A stretch of 64,000 bases of DNA from Octopus vulgaris (GCA_951406725.2 OX597822.1:28644001-28708000); one strand, 5' to 3'. Positions 40,865 through 57,669 are shown, counted from the stretch's first letter. The notes: generated by a model from the letters alone, not told the origin. Numbers and translations: made by a program.

Positions 40865-43800
40865 TAGTTTTATTTTTATAGTGTGCTTTCACTTCACTAC
40901 CGAGCGCAGCTCTGTGTGCCTTGGGTATGTGCCGGGATTTGTTGTGATGCTCTGATGGTTATTGTATGGAAAGTGTTTTGCGTAGGTTGTGCGCAGTGCC
41001 TAGTAGTGCAATTTTCTGTATGTTATATGTGTTTGCAAGTCCTGGTGTTTTTGTTATGTATTTGTCTGAATATTTTTTTATCATGCCTAATGCACCTACT
41101 ATGATAGGAATTGTTTCTGTTTTTAGATTCCACTTTCTGGTTACCTCTATTTCCAGGTCTTTGTATTTTGAAAGTTTCTCCATTTCTTTTAGACACGTTG
41201 TCATCCGCTGGTATTGATACACCTATTAGAAAACATTTTTTTCTTCATGATCTCTGACAAATATATCTGGTCTGTTGGCCTTAATTTCTCTATCTGTGTG
41301 TATCGGCATATCCCAGAGTATGGTTGCTTTCTCGTTTTCTCTGACCTTTTCTGGTGTGTGCCTATACCATCTTTTTTCTGTTGTTATTCCATAATGTTGG
41401 CATAGCTTCTAGTGTATGTAGGTCCCAACTCTGTCGTGTCTGTGAATATATTCCTTCTTAGCAAGGACTGGGCAGCCAGAGATAATATGATTTATTGTTT
41501 CTTGTCCATCTCCACATATTCTGCAGTTACTTGTTATATTTCTTTTCATTACATGTTTTTGGTAATTTCTGGTGGGGAGGCTTTGGTCTTGTGCTGCAAT
41601 TAAAAATCCCTCTGTCTCTGCTTTGAGTCCTGAGCTTCTCAACCATTGCTGGGATTTTTCTTTGTCTATTTCTTTTGCATTTAGTTTAGTCCAGTATTTA
41701 CCATGAAGGGACTTTTTTTGCCATCGTCTTATCATGGGTCTTTGCTGTTCTAGTTTTAGTTTGGATTTCATTTGTTTTATAGCTTTTGTTGTTTCTTCAT
41801 CTTCTTCATATTTGTTAGGTGGTATGATGTCTTGTTTGTATTTCTCGGCTTCCTTAAATACTGAGAACAGTTTTTTGTTCTGCTCGTGTTTTGCCGCTAT
41901 TTGTATCAGTTTTCTTTCCTTCTGAAGTAGATATTTTTGCAGTCCTATGGTGGGGTTATTTTATAGTAGTTTTCCAGCTGTATAAGGCCTCTACCACCTT
42001 CTATACTTTGTATATATAGTCTTTCTATGTCAGATTTTGGGTGATGCATCTTAGATCCTGTCATTATTTTTCTTGTTTTCCTATCTATGTTGGTCAGGTC
42101 ATTTAGTGTCCAGTTAAGGATATTGTAGCTGTAACTTATAACTGGGACGGCTAAAGTGTTAATACCTATTATCTTGATTTTAGCATTGAGCTCTGTTTTT
42201 AGTATTGATCTAACTCGTCTATAATATACTTTTTTATCATCTCTTTCATTTGTGTGTGTTGTGTCTTATCTAGTTCATGGATTCCTAAGTATTTGTAAGT
42301 TTGGCTTTGGTCTAATTCTTTTATTTCATTGATTTTATCTAGTGTGATGTTGCTACTCTTAACTAGTTTTCCTCTTTTCAGGGTTACTTTGGCGCACTTT
42401 TCTAATCCAAATTTCATATCTATTTCTTTGGTAAATCCATGAACTGTCTTTAATAGTGTTTCCAGCTGTTTGTTATTTGCAGCGTATAGTTTTAGGTCAT
42501 CCATATATAAAAGGTGGCTGATCGTTTTGCCGTAACATTTATATCCGCATCCAGTTCTATTTAGCATATCAGATAGAGGTGATAGTGCCAAGCAGAAAAG
42601 GAGTGGAGAGAGCGTGTCTCCCTGGAATATTCCTCTTCTAATGGGGATGGCTTTGGTTTTCATGAGTCCCTTTTTTGTTTGGAGCTGTAGCACTGTTTGC
42701 CATTTATTCATAGAGTGTATTTTATAATTGTTGGTGCTACTTTGTTAATGGCTACTGTTTCGAGGATCCATGTGTGGGGGATGCTATCAAACGCCTTTCT
42801 GTAGTCGATCCATGCCAAACTGAGGCCTTTCTTCTTTCTGTGGCTGTCTTCAGTTATGGCTTTAGTAATCATTAGCTGATCTTTACAGCCGTATGAGCCT
42901 TTGCGGCATCCTTTCTGCTCTTCTGGAAACAGGTTGTTTTCGTCCAGGTGCTTGTTTAATCGTTGTGATATTACTGCAGTAAATTCTTTGTACATTGTAG
43001 GGAGAAAGGTTATAGGTCTGTAGTTTTCTGGTTTTGCTGTCTCATTTGATTTGGGAATTAAGATGGTTTTCCCCTTCGTGAGCCATTCAGGCATTGTCTC
43101 TGGCTCTGCCAGTATGTTGTTAAAGTTTTCAGTCAGCTTTTTGTGCATTCCTGTTAGATATTTCAACCAGACGTTGGGAATCTTGTCATGCCCAGGTGCC
43201 TTCCAGTTGCTTAGTCTTTGCAGTGCCTGCGTGACCTCTTCAGTTGTTATGGGGGTCCAAAGTTGCTCAGATGCTGAGTTTGTTGTTTTAATACTCCTCT
43301 TTTTGTTGTTCGTTCGCCGACCATATTTCTCTCCATAATTCTTCCACTTCTTCTGCCGTTGGTGCTGCAGTGATTTCTATTTTATTTTTGCCAAGTTCTT
43401 GGTAGAACTTTTGGAGATTGGAGTTGAACTGTTTGTTTTGTTCAAAGAAACGTTGGCGTTTCTCGTACCGGCGGATCCTTTGTGCTTTGGCAAGGATATC
43501 TTGCTTTAGCTTTTCTTTTATCTCAGGTAAATCTTTTTCTGTGATGTTGTATTTTCGGAGTATTTTTGTTTTCTTTTTGTTGCTTAGTAACGTTGATTGT
43601 CTACTGATTTCGTTAAGAACCGACAGATTTTTTCTCATTTTTTGTATTTTCTTTTGGATGTTATTTATCCACAGGGCTTGTTTGGGTGGTGGTACTCCTG
43701 TTTGTATGGGTTTGAGGGAGTATCCTGCTTCTTTTATGGCTACAGTGGCTGCTGCGTATACTAAGTCATTTAGCTCAGTGATGTCGCTATTTGTTTCAGT

Positions 43801-44992
43801 GGCTATTAGTTCTGTGATGGCTAGGTTTATGCTGTTTATAATTGATGTTGTTGTTTTGTCTATTTTGATTTTTGGGAGGTATGGTCGGTGGTCCATCTTG
43901 AGATCTGTGTTTTTCAGTTCTTTGATTATTCTACTTTTTATAGTTTCATAATCATTAGGCTCCCCTTCTTTGTTTCCAGGTTTTAGATTTGTGTCGCTTT
44001 TTTTCACGTTCGTATGTTTGTCTGTTGTGTTTTGGCTTCCTGTTTGTCGTGTATTATTATGTATCCTTACAGTCTGGGTTTGTTGTTTTTTGTTTACATC
44101 GCTTTTGTTGGAAATGTTACGTTTGTCTTCGTGTTTTACTGTTTCAGTGTTTATATTATTGGGCATTGTTGTGTGGCTTCTATCTACATTTTCCTGGTGT
44201 ATTTTTTCTTTTAAATGTTCTATTTCTATTTCTGATATTTTTTTGCGTTGAGAATATATCTTCGTACGTTAGCTAGTTTATTAGGGTTCATTGTTGTATC
44301 CAAGTCTATATTTATATTATTTTCCTTCCATATTTTATATGTATGTGTTGTTGTATTTTCATTCTTTGGGTAGAGCACTGCTGTAAAGTGAGCGTGTAGG
44401 ATAGAAATGTATTCCTCACGTATCCATTTATGTCTTTGAGGTTTTATTTGCGGGACGTGAGGAACAACGTCCGGCCCATTATTTTGACGGTCGTCATTTT
44501 CGTAGGGTACCGGTTCGTTCATTTCTGTTGTCACATTGTTTTGCACGTGTAGTTTTTCGTACATTTTATGTTGTAAGTTTAAAGTACGTACTTCCCGATT
44601 GTTATTCTTGGGTTGAATAATACCGGTATTATTTAATTTCTTCGTAGTTTTTTGTACATGGTGTTTGGGGCCGGAGATGATCTGGTGTTGATGGATCGTA
44701 ATGTATCACGCATGTTTACATGTGTTGTGTTAGAGGTGGAGATGATATCGAGTTAAAATACATCATTTCGTTTCGAAAATAGTAATAAATTTCAATGAGT
44801 ATTACTTACTCGGTTACAGTCCAATCCTTTGTCAGTTAATTTTTGGCTCTATACGACGTCTTTGTTTTCGATGTTTGTGGATAAATTTCGGAGCACTGTT
44901 TTATCGTTCTCTCATGTTAAACGTCCCCGGTGTTCCTCTCGTCCCCGGCGTTCCTCTCCGTCCCTGGTGTTCCTCTCCATCCCTGGTCTAAT
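40862..44992 (-). mobile_element. R4/Dong-clade non-LTR retrotransposon, full length, disrupted ORF
   Basis: NYRPIT, WIDYRKAFDSIPH, GIFQGDTLSP, YMDDLK, CRICG..ETINHIISGC, RHD, KYKDL..E, IVGALG; flanked on both sides by (TTA)n. Confidence 0.95.
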
Positions 44993-44996
44993 ATTA

Positions 44997-45094
<98 letters not shown>

Positions 45095-45112
45095 TGATTG
45101 AACGCCACGCAT

Positions 45113-45510
45113 CCGAATGTGTGGTATGTAGCTTGTTTACCAGCCACATGGTCCCGGGTTCAGTCCCGCTGCGTGGCACTTTGGACAAGTGTCTTCTACT
45201 ATAGCTTCGGGCTGACCAAAGCCTTGTGAGTGGATTTGGTAGACGGAAACTGGAAAAAGCTCGTTGTATATGTGTATATATATGTATGTGTGTGTATACG
45301 TTTGTGTGTCTGTGTTTGTTCCCCCAACATCGCTTGACAACCGATGCTGATGTGTTTATGTCCCCGTAATTTAGCGGTTCGGCAAAAGAGACCGATAGAA
45401 TAAGTATTAGGCTTACAGAGAATAAGCTCTGGAGTCGATTTGCTCGACTAAAGCCGATGCTCCAGCATCGTCGCAGCCAAATGACTGAAACAAGTAACAG
45501 AATAAATGAG
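45113..45510 (+). mobile_element. CORE-type SINE family B
   Basis: Homologous along its length to 22755-23160. Confidence 0.88.
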
Positions 45511-45797
45511 TAATATATATATAACATGGCTCTTGTAGCTTATCTATTATATCTTAACAAATGGTTTATTATTATGAAATATTCTGTAAAAATATTCTCT
45601 GAAACCATATTAATTCGATGGATAAACATATACATATAAGTATAATTTAACTGTGATGAAAAGAAAAAAATCCTCTGGTGGATATTGGTGTATATTAGTA
45701 CGTATGTATATATATGTAAATGTTGCTTCTATTTGTTACCCATACGCATGGACTTGTGTGCATGAAGAACAATATTGTAACAACCCTGGTCTAACTG

Positions 45798-47710
<1,913 letters not shown>

Positions 47711-47718
47711 TGGCCCTT

Positions 47719-48246
<528 letters not shown>

Positions 48247-48402
48247 TGTTTGTAGGGATTGTGGATTTAAAATTTATAAAATTAAATCTACCGTAAAAAT
48301 TGTTTATATAGTATCGTAATATATGATATATTGGAATCTACTATAATATGTATTGTGAAATGAAGATTACTCTAAATCTAATAATATTGTTATTATTGAT
48401 AA

Positions 48403-48492
<90 letters not shown>

Positions 48493-48500
48493 TAACAATA

Positions 48501-48531
<31 letters not shown>

Positions 48532-48843
48532 TAATAACAATAATAATAATAATATTAGTAATAATTGATTATTGTTTATGTAGTTATGAGCATGGACGTA
48601 TGTATATGTTCCAGTATATATGTATATATATATGTATATGACGAATTGTCTATTTCCTTGGACCTATTGTTTAATTGTGCTTATTTATGTATTTATACAC
48701 ATATATACTTTGCTTTTGTACGTATATATATATATGTGTATATGTATATGTGTATGTGTATATGGATATTTGTTTATATTTATATATATTAAATTGTACG
48801 TGTTTCTTGTTTCATGTATTCATATTTTTAAAGATCTTTATAA

Positions 48844-48969
48844 TCTCTGACGAGGCCTATGGTTATATATAAGTAACCTTTTTTTAAATGACTACAACCT
48901 CAATATAATTGACAACTATAGGCACTGAAGAAAAACTACTTTTTTCCATAGGCTGAAACAGCTGTAAGA
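48844..48969 (+). ncRNA. Type I hammerhead ribozyme with ~83-nt loop II
   Basis: TCT-CTGACGA-GGCCTATGG...CCATAGGCT-GAAAC-AGCT-GTA-AGA. Confidence 0.82.
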
Positions 48970-49159
48970 GTGATTTTAATGATGTCACTAATTTATATTA
49001 AGATTTTTATAATTGTATTCTTATCTTATATGTATTGAATTATAATGTGTATATGTATGTTATTAAGGTTCTCGTTTTTCTTAAATGAATAAATAAGTCA
49101 ACATTCTAATATCCGAAAGCTGATGAACCAACTAAATTGTTTCTCCATTTTCTTATTTG

Positions 49160-49216
<57 letters not shown>

Positions 49217-49467
49217 AATAATGAGGGTGATAAATTGAATATTAATTTAATTAACATCAATTTAAAACCAGTGGCCTAGCATATAGAAAAATCTGAAAAT
49301 TCAGAAACATTGTATTACATGCGTTTAAGAAGGGATGACCACTAAGAGGACATCCAATATGCTAGAAATAGATCACCTACGATCTAGCCACAAAGGAAAA
49401 GAATGTTCAGCGAACACCAGGACATAAGCGGGTAAGACAAATGAAAATATACAAAATAAAGAATTAA

Positions 49468-49532
49468 TTGTAGACTAATTTCGCCATTAACGAATTTACT
49501 TACGTAACAACGTCTGTGGCTCCTCAGTACGA
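49468..49532 (-). ncRNA. Type I hammerhead ribozyme
   Basis: Minus strand GTA-CTGAGGA-GCCA-(30 nt)-TGGC-GAAAT-TA-GTC-TAC. Confidence 0.75.
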
Positions 49533-49652
49533 CTGTTCTAATTCAATATAATTTGCAGAACTGTACACAGGTTGTCCTCATAAAATTAGACGTGTACGCG
49601 TCTGTGTGTGTGTGTATGTATGTATATATATACATATGCGTGTGCGTGCGTG

Positions 49653-49686
<34 letters not shown>

Positions 49687-50106
49687 CATGTATCTATGTA
49701 TGTATGTATGTATATGTGTGTGTGTGTATAATGTACAGATCCGATATTGTTGACGTTATAAGAATTCATAAACTTTCAAGAGAAAATGGAATAATTCTCT
49801 TTTGGAATATCTCGAAGCAAACGCAAAAAACTACAAATAATAATATAAATACCGCGTTGAATATTAGCATGTAATCCCACACACGCTATTACTTTGTGTG
49901 CGCTTCGAGATGTTCCCAAAAAATATATCTAAGAATTACGTGTTTATGTATGTGTATGTCTTTGTATGTCTGTTTGTCGACCACCACCACTTGGAATTTG
50001 GTGGTGGTTTGTTTACATCCCCATTACTTAGCTGTTTGACACAAGAGACGCATAAAATAAGTAGCAGACTTAAATCACGTACTAGGGTCCATTTGTTCGA
50101 CTAAGC

Positions 50107-50750
50107 CAGAGGTCGCCAAACGGGGTCCGAGGAACCCCTAGAGGTCGGCGAGTAATTAAATGGGGTTGCTGATAGCCAAGTAGTCGAAAAGGGGTCGATG
50201 TGCGAAAGACCAGCTCACCGAGATTAACTATTTGAAATACTTAATCAGAGCCATGCTCGTCCCTCAAATTGATGCTGTCAATTTCAATAAACGTTATTCT
50301 TGTAATATGATGCATTTTTCACATTTTCTAATGATATAAAAATCAGAATACAAAAAGTTTCAAAGTCTGAAAGCCCAGAATAACAAATTCTGAAATGCTC
50401 TATGACAAAAAAATTTTATTATTATTTTTCACATTTTCTAACCGTGAGGGCATTTTCATAACAATTGAAAGTTTAATACAGTATACTAGTATACGTAGTT
50501 TAAAATAAAAAGGGTGTGTCATTTTCAATGGAATTTCTTTATTTGTCGTACATGTATATTTTAGCTAACATTTTTATTGCCAGCATCAGTACCCGGTACA
50601 AATTTAAGATATGGTAGGGTGAGATAGGCTATTAAGATATTTTAAATGAGGAAGGTAATAGATACGGAAGGAGAAGTGATTAAAGGGGGTCGATGCGGAA
50701 GGTGAAATGGTTAAAAGGGGTGGATGGCCGAAAACATTTGGTGACCTCTG
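50107..50750. mobile_element. hAT-superfamily MITE inserted in a family B SINE (SINE parts ~49955-50106 and 50751-50810)
   Basis: TIRs CAGAGGTCGCCAAA / TTTGGTGACCTCTG; 8-bp TSD-like GACTAAGC / AACTAAAC. Confidence 0.8.
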
Positions 50751-50806
50751 AACTAAACATTTCAAAGCGTTGCTCCTGCATAGTCGCTGTCCCTTAACTG
50801 AAACAA

Positions 50807-51378
50807 GTAGTAGCGTTAACGTATGGATAAGAACCTTTAGCATCTTCAAATGCAGTTGCTGTATGTAAGATTGCCACTCCTGTGTGACCTTCACAGCCTC
50901 AGCAGATGCGGCACCGTCATCAGCAGGTTACACACAAATTCTCCAGGGGTAATTCCATGGCCTTTCGGGACCATATCAGACACCATGGAAATGGATATCC
51001 GTATCCATATCCAAGGTCTCTGTCGGTCTCGAAAGGCCGTGAAGAATATATTATATATATTGATATATATATTATTAACATTAATATATATATATGTATA
51101 TATATACATATATATACACCCATAGTGAGAGACATATACATATATAAGAAGTGTGTAGGAGACGAGAGGGAGAGAGACGATGCAAACACAAAGACCAAAA
51201 TATCAAATCGATATTGGGACTAAACGATTACTATAGGGAAATATGAAATAGTCAATATGAAGGATAGATTAATATTACTATTCAATAATATTTACAAAGT
51301 TCAAAATGTTAGCAACTTTTGATATAGTAATTAGTTTTATACATAGTTAAGTGGGATCCGAGAATTTATTAATGACAC
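50807..51378. repeat. ~600-bp direct repeat, copy 1 (copy 2 at ~56412-57010)
   Basis: GTAGTAGCGTTAACGTATGGATAAGAA ... ATTTATTAATGACACA present at both sites. Confidence 0.9.
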
Positions 51379-51417
51379 ACAAACTTTTTTCTCTTTCTTA
51401 AACTGCTTGGAACCCTA

Positions 51418-51869
51418 TCTTCTACCATAACAATACTCGCCACAACATATAAAGGAGGAAGGAAGGTGTGATAGATCAATAAGGAAGGAAGGGGTGATGG
51501 CAAACAAGTAGTGGGAGCGTTTCAACTCTGAGTAAATGTGTATGTAAAAGGGAGGAATGTGAATGTGCGTGTGAATGTGTGTGTGTGGAATGGAAGTGTG
51601 ATGGTGAACATTCAACGATGAAAAAAGATCAAACAACGTTTCAACTCTGTGTGAGTATATGTGTATATATAAGTGCGTGTACAAGGGAAGTATGTAAATG
51701 TTTGTATGTGTAAACCAGCGTTCTTTTAGTTACAAACGTTGACCGATGTCACATCTCAAAAGACAACCACTAGATAGCATTGACAAGTATATTAATTTGA
51801 TTTACCATCCATATTTATATATAAAATACTACAATCAACCGTCAGTTTTGACGGCACAATGCCAACTAG
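51418..51869 (+). mobile_element. Non-autonomous Helitron 1 (452 bp)
   Basis: A|TC start, subterminal hairpin CCGTCA-GTTT-TGACGG, CTAG|T end; paralogous empty site CCCTA|TTTTGTA at ~10025 and ~31100. Confidence 0.88.
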
Positions 51870-52139
51870 TTTTATACATTTGCGATCCAAAAAGGCACAG
51901 CGGCTTCTTCTGATTAAACTTTCTGAAGAAGATTAACAAAGTATCTAGACCAAACTCCATATTCGCCATTTTAGTATTTTTTTGTTCACATATGAATAAA
52001 TCACAACATATTTCAATATACAACCTCAAATTCTCATAACCATCGATCTGTTTTAAAATGCTTCAAAGTTGATTTTTTTTTCTTTTATTCTTTATGGTTC
52101 CACTACAGTTTTCAAATCTTACATCATAGGCAGCAGTAA

Positions 52140-52470
52140 TCTGTATATATATAAAAGGCATGATGTGTGTGTGAGTGTGTGTGTACGTGAATGTAAATTA
52201 TGCACATCCACAAATTAGCACGCATGTCTCTCCAATTTTAGGAGGACATTCGGCACGACTCTAGCTGTAATTTCGTCAAATTATTTTCCCCCGAGGCACC
52301 AGTGAATAGCAATAAAAATTAATTTTCGACCATAACTTAACAATTTTCACAGCGGAGAAATCCACCATTGTTTATACAAACATGAGTTAAGTACCCTTCT
52401 AGGTACGGTGTAAAGAGAGGGAGGGAGAGGCTTGATTCACACACACACTCACACATACACACACACACAC

Positions 52471-52501
<31 letters not shown>

Positions 52502-52555
52502 TGAACATGTATGCGTACAAAACACATGTATGCAATGTGTGTGTGTGTGTTGCCC

Positions 52556-52598
<43 letters not shown>

Positions 52599-53279
52599 TA
52601 TATATACACACACACAATATAAATGATATTCTCCGTTTCTCCACAACTAATTTCCAAATTAGCTGAATCCGTTGATCTACTCGTAGAGATATATAACTGG
52701 ACGTGCATGAACATGGGAGAGAGTAGAGGTTACCAGAGCAAAAGACCTATGTGTTGACTGTAGACACGCTCCTTCGCAAACGATCAGCTATTATTTTGTA
52801 AACAATGTTTCGAAACTGTTCATGTTTTCGAAAGAAGAGATCTGACTCTCATATCTCTGTGGAAGAAGGTAGGCCCCCTCTTTTCTGCTCACAAAACTTA
52901 CGTCTGGGTGTTTACAAATTTGCATTTTGTAAACAATGTTTCGAAACTGTCCATGTTTTCAACCATAACGTCTACCAATTTTGATGTATTCTGTTCAAAC
53001 TTGATGCCAGCATTACTTAGGACTCATGGGGTCTTTGAATGTTTTAAGTTCTCCAAAAAACGAAAATAAAACAATCGATGAGTGGAAAAAATCGATAAAC
53101 CGATTCCTTATGGGATTTCCCAATCAAATTGTCTGCAAAACTTCAGCCAAAAGTTTACCAATTTCAACGGATTTCACTCAAATTTGACGTCGATGTTACT
53201 TAGTTTGCTTTGAAATAAAGAGCTTGATTAGCTTAATAATCCTAACTTAATCCCGAGCAAAGCCGGGATATACTGCTAG
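52140..53279 (+). mobile_element. Non-autonomous Helitron 2 (1140 bp)
   Basis: A|TCTGTATATATATAAAA start, hairpin CCCGAGCAAAGCCGGG, CTAG|T end; paralogous empty site GTTA|TCGA at ~10321 and ~31397. Confidence 0.88.
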
Positions 53280-53509
53280 TCGACAATAAAATGGATCCTC
53301 ACAAAAGTCCATCCTTTGAGTATTTACTGTGGTTTACAGTCTACCAGAGTTTACAACTTACGCTCGCATACATTACACATTTAAACGACATTATTCGTAT
53401 CTCCAGAACTGCTATTCTTCTGACATGATTAATAATGTCAATTCTGATCACAAAAATCTTTTCTATCAATAGTTGTAGAAATATTTATTTTAAATTTTAG
53501 TACAATACT

Positions 53510-53750
53510 AGCAATTTCGGGACAGAAGTAAGTCGACTACATAGACCCTAGTGACCCACTGGTGTTTATTTTATCATTTTCTACTCAAGGAACGAGGCCT
53601 GAAATTTGAGGGGAAGGGCATCAGTCGATTAGATCAACCCCAGTACGAAACTGGTACTGAATTTATCGACCTTGAAAGGATGAAAGGCAAAATCGACCTC
53701 TGCGGAATTTGAACTCAGAACGTAAAGACACAATAAATACCGCTAAATTG
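53510..53750 (-). mobile_element. SINE family A fragments
   Basis: CTGGTACT..TTTATCGAC..GAAAGGATGAAAGGCAAA.TCGACCTC..GGAATTTGAACTCAGAACG. Confidence 0.75.
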
Positions 53751-53929
53751 GCTCGGCACCAGAGCTTGTCCTCAAAAGAAATAAGGGTTTGGGGGCATTA
53801 AAAATTATCTTTATTTCTATAGAGGTTAGGTTAGTTAGGTTCTTAGCTAGAAAAAGAGTTTGATTTAGAAGTTAGGAGAAATAGAAGAATAGTAATTGTT
53901 TATGTCGAATTTTTTTGAAGAATTTTTTT

Positions 53930-53979
<50 letters not shown>

Positions 53980-54244
53980 ACAAAAAATTATTTCCTATAT
54001 AAGTACAAATAAAGGTTACAAGCATCATTGAGGGATAGCAAAATCCTATGAAAGTACTGGTTAGTTACCTATACAAAGAATGTTGTACATTACAGTTAAT
54101 ACACTGCAAGGTAACTATATCAACTGTGGTTTATATATTTATTTATTTATTTATTATAAGATAAGAAAATAGAGAGATTATTGATAAATTTTTATTCGTT
54201 AATTAAAAAATTGACCAAATTTTAAATTTTTTAAATAATAATAA

Positions 54245-55110
54245 TGAAATTATTGTATACAGTGCTCAGTTGCACCACAACTTGTCAAAAGTGCGTATAA
54301 AGCATATGCAGTAATGTACAAATGTCTAGAAAGGGAACAGTGTATGAGTCAGATGGAGGGAAAAAAATCAGGTGTAGTGTTGGCAAATCTCAGGAAGCAT
54401 GGAAGTTTTGAAGGATGCAGTGCTCCAACAACTAACAACTGATGCCGGCAGTTTGTTCCATACTTCAGCAACTCTTAGCGTGAAAAATGTTTCCGAAAAT
54501 CATGGGAGCTGTGCTGTTTTCTGACTTTGTAAACATGTTCACGGGTGTTAGACAGGTGGAGTTTGAAAAGGTGCTCAGAGTTATTGTTTGTAACATGGTT
54601 AATAATTTTATGGGTGTCTACCAAGTCAGCTGCCAGGCGTCGGAGTTTCAATGTATCCATGCCCAGGGAAGTAAGGCGTTCAGAACATGGCAAATGCCTG
54701 ATGGAGGGTATTCTCTTGGTTGCACGTCGCTGAATGGTTTCCAGACGATTAATATCCTGGGCAAGATAGGGGTTCCAGACCGGTGATGCAAATTCCAGGT
54801 GAGGTCGCGCCATAGCTATATAAAGCCGCAGATAGCCGGAGAGCGGCTCGCAAAGGACTTAGTAAGTAATGCCAAGACACCCTCAGCCTTCTTGGCAATT
54901 TTAGCAATGTTCTTTGTCCAACGCAAATCGCTGTCGACAATAATGTCCTGGTTACGTTCACAAGAAGACTTTTTGAGATTAGTGTTGTGGAGGGAGTAAG
55001 TAGACGCTGGGTTTTTCCTCCCGAAATGCATGGTGGTACATTTGTCCACAGCCAGCTTGAGTTGCCAGTCCATGATCCACTGCTGCATTGTGTCCAGGTC
55101 TGATTGCAAT
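54245..55110 (-). mobile_element. CR1-like LINE 3' end (RT C-terminus + 3' UTR)
   Basis: QSDLD..QQW..DWQLKL..DKC..MHFG, RPHLEFASPVWNP, QRRATK, L..RR. Confidence 0.88.
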
Positions 55111-55497
55111 AAAGATCTTATCTTTTTACTCTAGCTCAATAATATTTCTTTAAGGGACAAAAGGCTATGTTTTGTAAGTCTTTATACATTTATTTATTTA
55201 TTTTTACTGCGTCTATTTTTACTTTTTACTCAATTTTTTTTTTATTTATTTTACTTTATTCTTGGTTTTATTTTAAAAAGTTTTATGTACCCTAGCATTA
55301 AATTAACATATAAGTCTTTTAACCTTTTCGATATTTATAATAAGTAATATATTGCCTGAAATACCTTCCACCTTAATTAAATATTAATAATAACTAAGAC
55401 ACACTTGAATTAAACTCTACATAATAATTTTCTATTGATTTTATATGGATGGACATAATATCACAATACATGACATTTATACCAATACATCTACTCT

Positions 55498-55561
<64 letters not shown>

Positions 55562-55896
55562 ATCTATTCTTACTTTACAATTCCAATATGCATCTTTCTA
55601 AGGTCTATACCATATTTTACATTATGTTCTTTATGAATAAATTTTATCAGTTAGCAGTTTGCAGCCGTTTACTCAACGTGCAGGAATTAAACACCTATTT
55701 TGTATATTTTAAATTATTTTAGGTGAGATTCGACTTTCAAATAACTTTTAATTTTATTAATTAATTTTCTGAATGTCGTGTATTGAAACAGCTTAAAGGG
55801 ATGCTTGTCAATTTTTAATTAGTAAACAATAATTAATTAATTATTTTCTATTTTCTTACCTTATTATATATATGTATACATGTATATATATGTGCG

Positions 55897-55962
<66 letters not shown>

Positions 55963-56035
55963 AAATGAACACATGCGTGTTTATATATAGATATATACAT
56001 ATATATACTCATATAATGAACACATTTATATATAT

Positions 56036-56382
<347 letters not shown>

Positions 56383-56411
56383 TACACATATTAGAGGAAA
56401 ACCACTACGTA

Positions 56412-56677
56412 GTAGTAGCGTTAACGTATGGATAAGAATCTTTAGCATCTTCAAGTATGTAAGATTGCCACTCCTGTGTGACCTTCACCGCCTCAGCAGA
56501 TGCGACACTACCATCAGCAGGTTACACACAAATTCTCCAGGCGTAATTCCACGGCCTTTCGGAACCATATCAGACACCATGGAAATGGATATCTGTATCC
56601 ATATCCAAGGTCTCTGTCGGTCTCGAAAGGCCGTGAAGAAATATATTATATATATTGATATATATATTATTAACATT

Positions 56678-56751
<74 letters not shown>

Positions 56752-57010
56752 CCATAGTGAGAGACATATACATATATAAGAAGTCTGTGGGAGACGAGAG
56801 GGAGAGAGACGATGCAAACACAAAGACCAAAATATCAAATCGATATTGGGACTAAACGATTACTATAGGGAAATATGAAATAGTCAATATGAAGGATAGA
56901 TTAATATTACTATTCAATAATATTTACAAAGTTCAAAATATTAGCAGATTTTGATATAGTAATTAGTTTTATACATAGTTAAGTGGGATCCGAGCATTTA
57001 TTAATGACAC
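56412..57010. repeat. ~600-bp direct repeat, copy 2
   Basis: Matches 50807-51378. Confidence 0.9.
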
Positions 57011-57669
57011 AAAAATCTTGCATACATTCCACAACTCGAACGTTTAAATACTTTAAATTAAAATTATGAGTATTCCTATATATTTTTCAAATTTTAACTT
57101 TTTATTATAATAATAAGAAGAAATATACTATACTAACCTTTAACTTAACTTTCATAGATGACTAGAAAAACTTCACTGTAATCTTGAAATTGGAACTTTT
57201 CTTAAATCTAATCTAGTTTTAAAATTTAACGCTGTTCCCCCAGTTATAAAATACTATGCCTACTAAAAATAAGTGATGGGTTTTTTTCCCTACTCTCTGT
57301 AAAAGAAATTAATGACCTTTTGACACTGACCTAGTTTCTTCTCACCACATAGTATTAATTGGCTTTTTGTTAGTGGTAACTTGAATTCCTTTATGGTTTT
57401 CTGAAACCTTCCTTAACCTCATTTATACAACCAACTTGAATTCCTTTTATGATATTCTGAGACCTCCCCTACCCTCATTCCTAAACCTAAAACAAAAAAA
57501 AATTCTTATAGCAGTCAGATACAACCAGAGTTTTGGTCAGTTAGCAACTGAACTTCATAACCTCATATGTTCTTAAAATTCAAATCTACATCTTTATCTG
57601 TATATTTACCTTCTCTAAAATGTTACTACTTGATTTGAACTCTTTTATATTATTGGAAAACCTATATAA

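Noticed and set aside
49118-49145. CTGATGA motif
   Set aside because: No downstream GAAA or stems, so not a hammerhead
51835-52029. 64-aa ORF in the triplicated segment (FGLDTLLIFFRKFN...)
   Set aside because: Paralogous frames contain stops and many replacements, and the ORF runs into a Helitron
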